64,000 nucleotides of DNA, from positions 5,322-69,321 of the forward strand of contig CAVTEG010000012.1 in the NCBI GenBank assembly GCA_963733815.1. Reading direction: 5' to 3'. Source of the DNA: an uncultured Acidobacteriota bacterium (GTDB taxonomy: Bacteria; Acidobacteriota; Thermoanaerobaculia; UBA5066; Gp7-AA6). The translations under genes were made by a program, and so were the position numbers. This document shows positions 1 to 9,032 of the stretch, piece after piece (the stretch's first letter is position 1; each line of letters starts with the position of its first letter). The notes beneath the pieces were generated by a model. That model was not told where the DNA came from. It saw nothing but the letters and a program-made list of their open reading frames with translations, and made no database searches.

Positions 1-47
1 GCGGCCGCCTTGACCGATGCGATTCCATCCGAAGGTGTCGAAGACAT
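1..47 (-). CDS. 5' fragment of a CDS running off the window edge, probably the MoxR-family AAA+ ATPase of the cluster
   Basis: ATG at 47, a few nt after the DUF4350 stop, reads MSSTPSDGIASVKAA. Identity is inferred only from the usual gene order. Confidence 0.35.
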   Translation of the reverse strand, partial: MSSTPSDGIASVKAA

Positions 48-52
48 GTCCG

Positions 53-1135
53 TCAGGCCCTCCTCCGGCCCTGGAGACGGGAAACGGTTTGCCCGATCTT
101 GACCAGATCGTCCGGCCTCGCCTGCGCCGCCGCGTGCCGTATCGCGGCGGGCACCGCGAGGCGAGGATCCAGCGCCTCCGCGCTCTCGACGAGCCGCAGG
201 GCCGCGCCGCCGGAATGCCCGAGCCGCCGGTGAAGCTCGCCGAGGCCCCGAAGGAACGTCGTCGTCGAGCTCGCAATGGGCGTCGGCTCGCGCCATGCCG
301 GACCGAACCGCTTCGCGAGGGTCCAGGCGGCGAGCAGGTAGAGCAGGACAAGCTGTACGAGAAGCAGGTCCAGGCTGCGGACACTGCCCGAATTCTCAAG
401 GGCGTCGGGAGCCACGAGTCCGTGATGGTATTCGTCGAACACGATCGAACTCCCGAGCGTGGCCGAAAGAGATTCCAGAAGATCTGCGTTTCCGGGATTT
501 CCGAGCCGGCCGTTGGAAAGGGCGTCGGCGGGAATCACGAGGACGCGTCCCCTTCCCGATGCGAACTCGAACGCCGCCGGCGCGCCGCCGGGAGCGCGAT
601 ACAGGGTGCGCGCGGCCGGCGGAGGCACGGGCAAACGGCGCGGAGCGGCGATCACGACGCCGTGCGCGTCCGTCCCGAGATCCGGCTCGGGCGTCAGCGT
701 CCACTTCTCGTTCGCAAACGCCCACCAGCGCAGGGGGTGGAGCGGAGGGCGTCCGCGCACGTCCTTGTCGGAAATGCGGAGCTCCTTACCGAACTGTTCC
801 TCTGCGGGCCCTCCCTCTCCGGAGTAGCCGAACACGATGGTGTCGCCGCGAGACAGGCGCGCTCGCAGAGCGGCGAGTTCAGCGGCGTCGACCAGCGGCC
901 CATAGGGAAACGCCAGGACCAGAGCCGGCCCCTCCGGCGCGCGGTGAAGCGGGCGATCGCTCAGGACCGCGCGGTGGCCGCGCTGCTGCAGATACTCGCG
1001 CGCGGCAAGCCATCCCTCGGATCCCCTGGCCAGCGCGCTCGGGCCCGCCGGGTTGCGGCGCGCAAGGAGCAGAACGGCGAAAATCAGGACCACCAGGAGG
1101 CCGAAAGCCAGGGGAATCCACGCGCCCTTCTTCAC
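53..1135 (-). CDS. DUF4350 domain membrane protein
   Basis: GTG start overlaps the upstream stop. N-terminal TM, then GRGRVLVIPADALSN..GNADLL and FDEYHHG, then a C-terminal TM. Confidence 0.75.
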   Translation of the reverse strand: MKKGAWIPLAFGLLVVLIFAVLLLARRNPAGPSALARGSEGWLAAREYLQQRGHRAVLSDRPLHRAPEGPALVLAFPYGPLVDAAELAALRARLSRGDTIVFGYSGEGGPAEEQFGKELRISDKDVRGRPPLHPLRWWAFANEKWTLTPEPDLGTDAHGVVIAAPRRLPVPPPAARTLYRAPGGAPAAFEFASGRGRVLVIPADALSNGRLGNPGNADLLESLSATLGSSIVFDEYHHGLVAPDALENSGSVRSLDLLLVQLVLLYLLAAWTLAKRFGPAWREPTPIASSTTTFLRGLGELHRRLGHSGGAALRLVESAEALDPRLAVPAAIRHAAAQARPDDLVKIGQTVSRLQGRRRA

Positions 1136-1806
1136 CCGAGCACTTCCTCGAAGCGCGCGTGACACGATCGAAGGTCCCCCGGGGTCGGAACGGTCCGGCC
1201 ATACATCAGAACGTCCAGCGCGGCGCTCAAGCCGAGAAGCTCGGGGCGCCTCGCTCTCGTCAGCAGCTCCCGCGTCGTCCAGCTCGCGTCGACCGGACTC
1301 CCCGGCGCGAGCGACGCCGCCAGCCACCACCACAGCGCTTCGAGCGCGCCGGCGACGTCGCCGCGCGCGAGACGGGCTTCGAACTCGGACCTCCACGCCG
1401 ATCGATCGAGCGCGGCCGCAGCCGAGGGCTCCGCGATCCGCGACCACGCCGGCGAGTCCCTTGGCGTGGCCGGCCGGCGCCGGGTGAGCTTCCGGACGAG
1501 GAGAACCATCAGCAGCACCGCCGCCGCCGCGACGACGCCGATCGCGACGAGCTCCATCGCGGTCACGATCCCCTGGGCCAGCTCGGGCCGCGCCGAGAAG
1601 AAGTCCGAGATCCAACGGGCGAGGGCCTCACCCCAGGCCGAGACGTAGCCGACGAGCGACGGGCCCGAAGGTTCGCGGACCACGCCGGTCTCGGACAGGA
1701 CGCGGCGCACGAGGTCCGGATCGGCCGTTCGAAACGCGAACGCGGGCACGCCCGGCGCCGCCGCCTCCGCCGACTGCGCGAGGAATCCGATACCCGGAGG
1801 GATCAT
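1132..1806 (-). CDS. DUF4129 domain membrane protein
   Basis: MIPPGIGF start with ATGA overlap, one TM, and C-terminal GDVAGAL..WTTRELL..MYG pattern. Confidence 0.65.
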   Translation of the reverse strand: MIPPGIGFLAQSAEAAAPGVPAFAFRTADPDLVRRVLSETGVVREPSGPSLVGYVSAWGEALARWISDFFSARPELAQGIVTAMELVAIGVVAAAAVLLMVLLVRKLTRRRPATPRDSPAWSRIAEPSAAAALDRSAWRSEFEARLARGDVAGALEALWWWLAASLAPGSPVDASWTTRELLTRARRPELLGLSAALDVLMYGRTVPTPGDLRSCHARFEEVLG

Positions 1807-2714
1807 GCGGGCGCCGGCGTCGAAGGCGAAGGTGGCGGCGTCCCGCCGAACCGGGCGTCGATCGCGGCCGCGAGGTCGGATCCTTCTTTGCGCCGCAGGA
1901 CGTCGAGGTACAGCAGGACCACCCCGAACGAGGAGTAGAGGCGGACGGCAGTCGAAGCCAGGGATCCGAGAATCGCCGTCGGAAGCTGCAACCACCGCAC
2001 GTGCTCCATCAGAGCCTGTGGATCCACGGGACCGCCCTTCGACGCCTCGCGGAACATCGAAACGCCCCAGATCGCGGTGAACGGAAGCTGGATGATGAAG
2101 CCGACGAGCCAGCCGATCGCGGCCGCGACCAGATAGAGCAGGAAGATCTTCACCGCGGAATGCCGCGAGAACCCGCCTCCGGGGTTGTAGCCGGCGAGCT
2201 TCCAGCTGCGCGACAGCGCGGCGCTTCCTCGCAGCCCCTCCAGCACCATCACCGGCATCACGAACGACAGCATCAACGCCACGTAGATGCCCGGAAAGAC
2301 CAGGCAGATGAAACCCGCGACCACCGCCAGAAAAGCCAGCACCAGCGTTCCCAGGACGGGCGGCTGAAACACGAACGCCCACTTCTGCGCCATCTGGATC
2401 GGTTTCCCGGTCACGCCGTCGGACGCGGCGGCCATCAGCACGCCGTAGGAGGCGAACTGCAGGACGAGGGCGGCGAGAAAGCTCACCAGCATCGCGATAC
2501 AGCCCGTTCCGGTGAACATCGCCGCCGGGTTGCGGCCGCTCGTGAAGTCGCTCATCCACATCGACTGGGCGAACACGACGATCCCCGAGAGCAGCGCGAG
2601 AGGGATTGCGACCGGAAGATAGATCCGGCCGAAGTGGCGGCGCGTGTACCGCATCGCTTCGTCCAGAAGGACGCGAAACGGGATCGGTTCCGCCGGGATT
2701 GCGGGTGCGCTCAT
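1803..2714 (-). CDS. Multi-pass membrane protein (GDPD-membrane-domain-like) of the RDD/SpoIIM cluster
   Basis: AAGGAGG RBS before MSAPAIP, about 6 TMs, ALSRSWKL and LYLD..RKEG motifs. Confidence 0.7.
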   Translation of the reverse strand: MSAPAIPAEPIPFRVLLDEAMRYTRRHFGRIYLPVAIPLALLSGIVVFAQSMWMSDFTSGRNPAAMFTGTGCIAMLVSFLAALVLQFASYGVLMAAASDGVTGKPIQMAQKWAFVFQPPVLGTLVLAFLAVVAGFICLVFPGIYVALMLSFVMPVMVLEGLRGSAALSRSWKLAGYNPGGGFSRHSAVKIFLLYLVAAAIGWLVGFIIQLPFTAIWGVSMFREASKGGPVDPQALMEHVRWLQLPTAILGSLASTAVRLYSSFGVVLLYLDVLRRKEGSDLAAAIDARFGGTPPPSPSTPAPA

Positions 2715-3675
2715 CGTTCCTCCTTTGACATGAGGGGGTTCCAGGCGGTCGTCAAGAAGAGCCCGAGCAGACAGATCCCCAGGCCGGCCTTCAGTCCGGG
2801 AGACACGACCGGCGACGGAGAGAGAAAGCCCTCGACGAAACCCAGAGGCACGAACCACGGCAGACACCCCAGGAGAATCACCAGGGCGTCACGCCCCGCG
2901 GCCTGCATGACGTCGCGCCGCGGCTGATCCGTCGCCTCGAGAAGACCCGGCCCATCCGCAGACCGGCGGCGGCCGACACGAGGATGAGCGAGATCTCCAG
3001 GGGCCCGTGCGCCGACACGAACTCCAACAGGTTGCGGGCCATCGAGTAGTGCAGCGTCACGCCGAAGACGCCGCCCAGCAGCAATCCGTTGAGAAAGACG
3101 ATGTAGAGCGCGCCGATCCCGGCGATCGCTCCGCCGGCCCAGCCCACCAGCGCGACTCCCAGATTGTTTCGGGCGATGGAGGACGACGTCACCGACGGCG
3201 GCGCGGAATGCACGATCGACTCGGTCCAGAGGTGGCCGTTCTGGAGGTCCGCCACGGCCTTGGGCCCGAGCAGAGACATCGCCAGCGACGGTTGGACTGC
3301 GGCGAGCCCCAGCCCGAAAACGGCGGCGACGGCGAAGAAAAAGATTGCGGCTCCCAGGTTCGGCAGGTTGCGGCGGAATGCGTCCGGAAAGGTCCGGCCG
3401 AAGAAGCGCGCCAGCACCGATCCGCTCTCGCGCTGCTCCGGATGCAGGAAGCGGGTCGCCTGCACCGCCAGACGCTCGAGCCGCCGTGCCGCCCCGGTCC
3501 CCGGGAAGCGGGCGCGCGCCAGGCTGCTGTCGTGCAGGATCTGGCGGTAGCGGACGGCCAGGAACTCGAGATCCTCGTAACGGAGCGCGCGCGGCCGCTG
3601 CTCGGCCTGGCGGAGCCGCTCTTCGAACTGGTTCCAGCCCGGTTCTCGGAGCGCGAGGAAAACGCCGTAGTCCAT
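2711..3675 (-). CDS. Stage II sporulation protein M (SpoIIM) family membrane protein, one frameshift near 2940
   Basis: NNLGVA..FLNG..HGPLE motif. The C-terminus (LGFVEGFLSP) continues in another frame (ORF 2711-2908). Confidence 0.8.
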
Positions 3676-3678
3676 CCG

Positions 3679-4398
3679 CTACGACTCGACGCCGAACGCG
3701 CGGCGCAGGATCGTCAAGGGCATGTCGCCGGGGCGGCGTGCGCCCTCGAGGAACGCGGGCTGCTCGCGCTCCAGACGCTCGAGGACGCGATACGCCATCT
3801 CGTCCGCGCGCGCCGGCTCGAGGTCGCGGGAACGCCGCAGGAGCGACTCGACGAGAGCCACGTCGGCGCCCTGCCAGCCGGCCGGAACGCGGCGCAGGAG
3901 CGGCTCGGCCGCGGCGGCGCGGTCGTGGATGACGATCGTGCCGGCCAGACGGTCGCCCAGCCGCCGCGAGAGCGGGTCGATCGCCATCAGGGGAATGCCG
4001 ACGATCAGATCGACGACGCGCACGAGATTGCGCGTCAGAAGCGCTCCGGCGCTCGCGGCCCCGCCGTTGCGGGTGACCACGCGAAGGCCCACGGCTTTCT
4101 TGCCGAGGGTCCGCCCGTGCATCGCGATCTCCGTGCCCGCGAAGTAGGCCCAGTCGATCAGGAAACTCCCGGCAAAGAAGCCCACGAGAATGACCGGTCC
4201 GCCGAGTCCGGCCAGCCCGGCGAGGAAGATGAGCGCGAAGAACCAGACGACCAGGATCACCATCTGGAGAATTCCGTCCAGGATTCCCGCGAGGACGCGG
4301 GAACCCACACCCGCCACCGGCAGCGTGAGCGGAACATTGTCGATGCCGAGGACGGTCTCGGCGTCGAGCCCGGAGCCGGCGCTGCTCGGATCGATCAG
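3679..4398 (-). CDS. RDD family protein
   Basis: AGVGSRVLA..D, GRTLGKKAVGLRVV, RRLGDRLAGTIV. Probable CTG start at 4398 with a GGGAG RBS. Confidence 0.85.
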   Translation of the reverse strand: MIDPSSAGSGLDAETVLGIDNVPLTLPVAGVGSRVLAGILDGILQMVILVVWFFALIFLAGLAGLGGPVILVGFFAGSFLIDWAYFAGTEIAMHGRTLGKKAVGLRVVTRNGGAASAGALLTRNLVRVVDLIVGIPLMAIDPLSRRLGDRLAGTIVIHDRAAAAEPLLRRVPAGWQGADVALVESLLRRSRDLEPARADEMAYRVLERLEREQPAFLEGARRPGDMPLTILRRAFGVES

Positions 4399-4537
4399 GG
4401 GTGTCTCCCGTCGTCAGGAACGGACGCCCGTCGACTCGATTCGGAATACGTTACGCGCGAGTATAACGAAGCGTCGCCCCACACCCTCGCCCACTCCCCC
4501 TGCCCCGGTGTGCGTTTCATGGGAGAGGATTCCCGCG

Positions 4538-4582
4538 CGACTTCCCCTCTCTCGTCGGTCGGCCCGCGAAGCGGGCCGCTCA
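4538..4582. repeat. 45-bp dispersed element with GC hairpin, copy 1
   Basis: 40/45 identical to 24644-24687 by manual alignment. Contains CGGCCCGC-GAA-GCGGGCCG. Confidence 0.75.
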
Positions 4583-4594
4583 GAGTCCGAGCCG

Positions 4595-6631
4595 TTACGG
4601 GTTCGTCTCCCGACGCCGATACTCTTCGAGGTGCTTGCGGTCGGTGACGTCGCGACAGACGGCGAGCGCGGCGAGCGTGCGGCCAAAGTCGTCGAAGAGG
4701 GGCACGACGACGACGTCGACGACGCCGGCCTTCCCGTCCCGCTTCTTGAATCGCATCTCGCCGGTCCACCGGCCTTCCCGCCGCATGGTGCCGAGAAGCT
4801 CCTTGGCGGTCGTCTGGACGTCCTCGGGTCGGAGAAGGTCGGGCGTCTGTCCGAGCATTTCCTCCTTGGTGTAGCCGAACAACCTCTCCGCTCCGGGGTT
4901 CCAGTCCACGATGCGGGCCTCCAGGTCCATCGTGATCACGCCGTCGCTGATGTGATCGAACGCGCGCGCGTGCCGCCGGATTGTGTCTTCCATCAAACGC
5001 ATCCGCGTCACGTCGTGAAAGCTCCAGACGCGGCCGACCGTTTTGCCTCCGACCTTCTGGGCGCGGAGTAGCGCTCGAACATGCGCCCGTCCTTGAAGTC
5101 CAGCCAGTCGTAGCTGCGCGCGTCGGGCTCGTCGTAGAGGTCTTTGACCTTCCGCACGAAGCGCTCGGGATCGCGGAGCTGATCGAGCACGAAGGCGAGC
5201 GCCTGGTTGTCGTCGCGGGAGGAGAGGATGTCTTCGGGGATGCGCCACATGTCGGCGAACTTCCGGTTGAAGCTGACGATGCGGCCCTCTTTGTCCACGA
5301 CCAGGATGCCGTCGGCCGTTGCCTCGAGCGTGGCGCGCAGGAGCGACAGGCTCGCCTCCGCGTTCTCCTCGGAGCGCTTTCGCTCGGTGACGTCGCGAAA
5401 GCTCCAGACGCGGCCGACGGTGTTGCCGTCGCACGACCTGGGGCAGCGAGTCGCGCTCGATCTGCCGGCCGTCTTTGAGCTCCAGGACGTCATGGCTGAC
5501 GGCGGAGGGCTGCGCGTAGACCGTCATCACCTTCTTGACGAAGGCGGCCGGGTCCTTGAGCTTCTCGAGAACGAAGGCGAGGGTCTGAGCCTCGTCGCGC
5601 GTCGCCGCGACGTCTTCGGGGATGCCCCACAGCGCGACGAAGCGCCGGTTGTAGTGGACGATCTTCCCAGTCGCGTCGACGACGAGAATGCCGTCCGCCG
5701 TGGCGTCCAACGTCGCCGACAGCAGCGCCAGCGAGCGGCGGCCTTCCTCCTCGGCGTCCTTACGCTCGGTGACGTCGAAGGCCACTCCGATGACGCCGAG
5801 GACCGCTCCCTCCGCGTCGCGGAAGGGCTCGACGTGCGCCTGGAACGCGCGGCCCTTCCAGGTCACTTCGTAGGTGACGGACTCCTCCGAGAGCGCCCGC
5901 CGGTGCGCCGCGATCGGGGGAAACTCGGGATCGGTCGTCTTGAAGTAGGCGAAGAGGGATTGGCCGGGGACGGGAGTATCGCCCAGAGCCGCCGGCCCGC
6001 GCCCGGTCGCCTCGACGAAGCGCAGCTCCCGATCGGTCATCCAGAGGACCGCCGGCATCTGCGACACCAGGACGCGCTGCGTCTCCTCCTTCTCGAAGAG
6101 AAGCTCGCCCGCCTCCGCGCGCTCGAACCGAAGCCGGCGGCGCAGCTCCAGCTGGTCGACGACCTGGCGGGACAGCGCCCGCAGCGCGGCGGACTGGCGC
6201 AGGGTCAGCCGCCGCGGCTCGCGGTCCATGACACAGAGCGTTCCGACCGAGTGGCCCTCGGGAGTCACCAGCGGCGCGCCGGCGTAGAAGCGGATGCCGT
6301 CGCGCCCCGTGACCAGGGGGTTATCGGCGAAGCGCCGGTCGGCCGCCGCGTCCGGAACGACGAAGAGATCCTTTCCCGTGACCGCATGCGCGCAGAACGC
6401 GACCTCGCGCGGCGTCTCCGTTTTGTCGAAGTTCACGCGCGCCTTGAACCACTGCCGGTCGCTGTCCACGAGGGAGACCAGGGAGATCGGCGTCTCGCAG
6501 ATCTCCGACGCGAGGAGCGCGAGGTCGTCGAACGCGTGCTCGGGAGGCGTGTCGAGAACGTCGTACTGGTGAAGCGCCTCGAGCCGTTCAGGCTCGTCGG
6601 CCGGCAGCGGAGCCGCGAGGATTGTGGCCAT
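4595..6631 (-). CDS. GAF + four PAS domain sensor with no output domain (frameshifts near 5430 and 5065)
   Basis: GAF with ERLEAL..FCAH..RFYAGAPL; PAS repeats with ATADGILVVD; final PAS with WNPGAERLFGY. The third PAS is in ORF 5008-5493. Confidence 0.8.
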   Translation of the reverse strand: MATILAAPLPADEPERLEALHQYDVLDTPPEHAFDDLALLASEICETPISLVSLVDSDRQWFKARVNFDKTETPREVAFCAHAVTGKDLFVVPDAAADRRFADNPLVTGRDGIRFYAGAPLVTPEGHSVGTLCVMDREPRRLTLRQSAALRALSRQVVDQLELRRRLRFERAEAGELLFEKEETQRVLVSQMPAVLWMTDRELRFVEATGRGPAALGDTPVPGQSLFAYFKTTDPEFPPIAAHRRALSEESVTYEVTWKGRAFQAHVEPFRDAEGAVLGVIGVAFDVTERKDAEEEGRRSLALLSATLDATADGILVVDATGKIVHYNRRFVALWGIPEDVAATRDEAQTLAFVLEKLKDPAAFVKKVMTVYAQPSAVSHDVLELKDGRQIERDSLPQVVRRQHRRPRLELSRRHRAKALRGERGGEPVAPARHARGNGRRHPGRGQRGPHRQLQPEVRRHVAHPRRHPLLPRRQPGARLRARSAPRSRALRAEGQRPLRRARRAQLRLAGLQGRAHVRALLRAQKVGGKTVGRVWSFHDVTRMRLMEDTIRRHARAFDHISDGVITMDLEARIVDWNPGAERLFGYTKEEMLGQTPDLLRPEDVQTTAKELLGTMRREGRWTGEMRFKKRDGKAGVVDVVVVPLFDDFGRTLAALAVCRDVTDRKHLEEYRRRETNP

Positions 6632-6656
6632 GGCGCTTCGGACTCGTCATCATATT

Positions 6657-8582
6657 TCAGGGAGCGGAAGAAGAGCCCGGACGGGTCCGCGGCGCGCCGA
6701 TCGCCGAGACCAGGTCCGGCTTGGAGGCGTCCCGCTCCAGCCGGGGATGCTTCTCGCCGCCGCGCTCATCCACGTCCAGCGTCTGAAACGTGTCCAGATT
6801 CTCGACGAGCAGCGCGATCGGCGCCTTTCCGTCCTTCGCGGAGCGCAACGCGTCCCGCAGGCCCTGTTCCTTGTACCGCCTTCCGTTGACCGCGACCAGC
6901 CGCATCCCCGGCGCCACACCCGCGCGCGCCGCCGAAGACCCGGGCACGACGTCTTTGATCGTCCCGTCTTCGGGAGAATCGCCGTCGCCCTGGACGACGA
7001 TGCCGAGCGAGTACCAGAAGTCGTAGAGCTTGGATTCCTCCTCCGCCGCCCGGGTCAGCTCGGGGCGCGCGTCCGCGTACGTCAGCTTCCAGCCGCCGTT
7101 CTCGATTCCGCCCAGGGGCGCGCGCGGAGCGACGTCGTAGACGCGCTCCCGGAAAAACGCAGCCCAGTCATTGGGCGCCACGGCGTTCAGCGCCGCGACG
7201 ACGTCGTCGAAGCCGTACGTCTTCACCGCCGGACCGCTGTTCGGAGGCCCGTAGAACGCTCGCGCGAAATCGTCGAGCGACTTCTTCCCGCCGGTCTTCC
7301 GGCGAATCAGGACGTCGGCATCGAGCCAGATCAGCGCGCTCTCCGGATAGAAATCCACGCCGCGGCGCCAGTCCGCCCACTCGGGGCGGCCGTCGTAGAG
7401 CAGCTGCGCCGCCGTCGCCGTGTCCGCCAGCGGACGCCAGGCGCGCCCGGCCTGCCGATCCATCCCCGCGCCCAGGAGCGCGAGATTCTCGCGGTAGAGC
7501 TCGGGCGACCGTATCCCGCTGCGGGCACCGAGCACGTCGCCGTAGTACTCGGTCAAACCTTCGTAGACCCAGAGCAGATCGCTCTGGACCGGCGCCTGGT
7601 AGTCCGCCGAGACCCCCGAGACCAGGCCGGCGGGCCGGCGGTATTTGCCGTTCCAGGAGTGCACGTACTCGTGCGAGAGAAGCGTGCCCAACACCTTCTT
7701 CGCGGAATCCTCCGTCAACGCGCCCTCGGCGGCGCGGTTGTCGCTGGACTCGTGGTGCTCGAGTCCGTTGGAGCCGAGATGGTCGGAGAGGGAGAGCAGG
7801 AAGTGATACTGCCCGTAGTGGCGGGCGCCGAAGAGCGCCTGGGCCTCGGCCACGAGGCGGCGATAGTGCGCCTCGTCCTCGGAAGAAATCGCCACGGACA
7901 CGTCGGTGTCTCCGGCGATGTGCAGCCAGTGGCCGGGCGTCTGGCCGGGCGTTAAGTCCACGGTCCGGAAGTGCGCTCCGGTGAGAACCGGAGAATCGAT
8001 CAGCGTGACCAGCGATACCGGCGCGAACGTGACCGGATTCCCGGACTCTCCCGACGCCGCCGTCTTCAGCGCCGTCGCGTACTTCCATCCCGCCGGCAGC
8101 TTCAGCGACGGCGCGAACTTCGTCTCGTTGTCCCCCGGACCCTGCGGGTACAGGAGCACACTCCACCAGTTCACGACCGCGAGCTGCGCCGTCGCCGTCG
8201 TCCAGGCTCCGAGCGCCGCTACGTAGTCGAAGGTCGCCTCGAGAGACGAGACTCCCTCGGGAACCCGCACATCGAATGCCCACATCTCGGTCGCCTGTCG
8301 CGTCCACGGCACGGGCTTTCCGCCGGCCGAGAGCTTCATCCCCACCAGATCCGTAATCGGTCCCGCCGCGCTGTGCTCGCCCGGAATCCACTTCGGATAG
8401 ACCAGCGTCAACGGGCCGGGCGCGACCGGAATCGTCTCGCGCACGTGAAAGATCCTCCTCGGAGCCTCCGAAGCATCCACCGCGAGGGTGATGGCGGGCG
8501 TCTGCGCGGAGGCGGCCAGAGCCGCAATCCCCAGAATCGCCGCCGCGAAAAAGACGCGCAGACCCTGACCGAATGACCGCAT
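6657..8582 (-). CDS. M61 family metallopeptidase with C-terminal PDZ domain
   Basis: Signal peptide, GLEH, HEYVHSWN, LWVYEG, PDZ-like tail, AGGAG RBS. Confidence 0.9.
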   Translation of the reverse strand: MRSFGQGLRVFFAAAILGIAALAASAQTPAITLAVDASEAPRRIFHVRETIPVAPGPLTLVYPKWIPGEHSAAGPITDLVGMKLSAGGKPVPWTRQATEMWAFDVRVPEGVSSLEATFDYVAALGAWTTATAQLAVVNWWSVLLYPQGPGDNETKFAPSLKLPAGWKYATALKTAASGESGNPVTFAPVSLVTLIDSPVLTGAHFRTVDLTPGQTPGHWLHIAGDTDVSVAISSEDEAHYRRLVAEAQALFGARHYGQYHFLLSLSDHLGSNGLEHHESSDNRAAEGALTEDSAKKVLGTLLSHEYVHSWNGKYRRPAGLVSGVSADYQAPVQSDLLWVYEGLTEYYGDVLGARSGIRSPELYRENLALLGAGMDRQAGRAWRPLADTATAAQLLYDGRPEWADWRRGVDFYPESALIWLDADVLIRRKTGGKKSLDDFARAFYGPPNSGPAVKTYGFDDVVAALNAVAPNDWAAFFRERVYDVAPRAPLGGIENGGWKLTYADARPELTRAAEEESKLYDFWYSLGIVVQGDGDSPEDGTIKDVVPGSSAARAGVAPGMRLVAVNGRRYKEQGLRDALRSAKDGKAPIALLVENLDTFQTLDVDERGGEKHPRLERDASKPDLVSAIGAPRTRPGSSSAP

Positions 8583-8619
8583 CGTGGAGTTCTCCTTTTC
8601 CAAACGAAGCGCGGACGCG

Positions 8620-9022
8620 TCAGCCTGCTCGTTCAAAGTCCGCCGCCGTGTCCTTCCACGCTCCCGCCGCCTCCGGCGTGGGACACGCGCGGGAGAGGAT
8701 GGGCGTCGTGATCACCGTCGTGAAGAGAGCCATCGCCACCAGCCAGAAGAACGCCGCCGGCGAGATCACTCCCATGTCGGCCCCGATGTTGATGACGACG
8801 AACGCTCGAAGTCTTCGGCGTCAGAAGGGTCTTGATCGCTTCCGGATAGAGCCGTCCCAGCAGCGACGGGCCCAGGATCACTCCCGCGAGGATCTCGCCC
8901 ACGACCGGAGGCTGTCCGACCTTGCCGAAGAGCCAGCCGAAGACGCGGGCGGCGGCGATGATGATCGCCAGATCCGCGCACAGCAGAAGGAGCGTCTTCT
9001 CGAGCTCGAGGAACGAGTCCAT
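8620..9022 (-). pseudogene. Cation:proton antiporter (Kef/CPA2-like) remnant with a large internal deletion
   Basis: N-terminal GQPPVVGEILAGVILGPSLLG is joined out of frame near 8805 to the C-terminal VVINIGADMGVISP..MALFTTVITTP. Confidence 0.75.
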
Positions 9023-9032
9023 GCGGCCTCCT

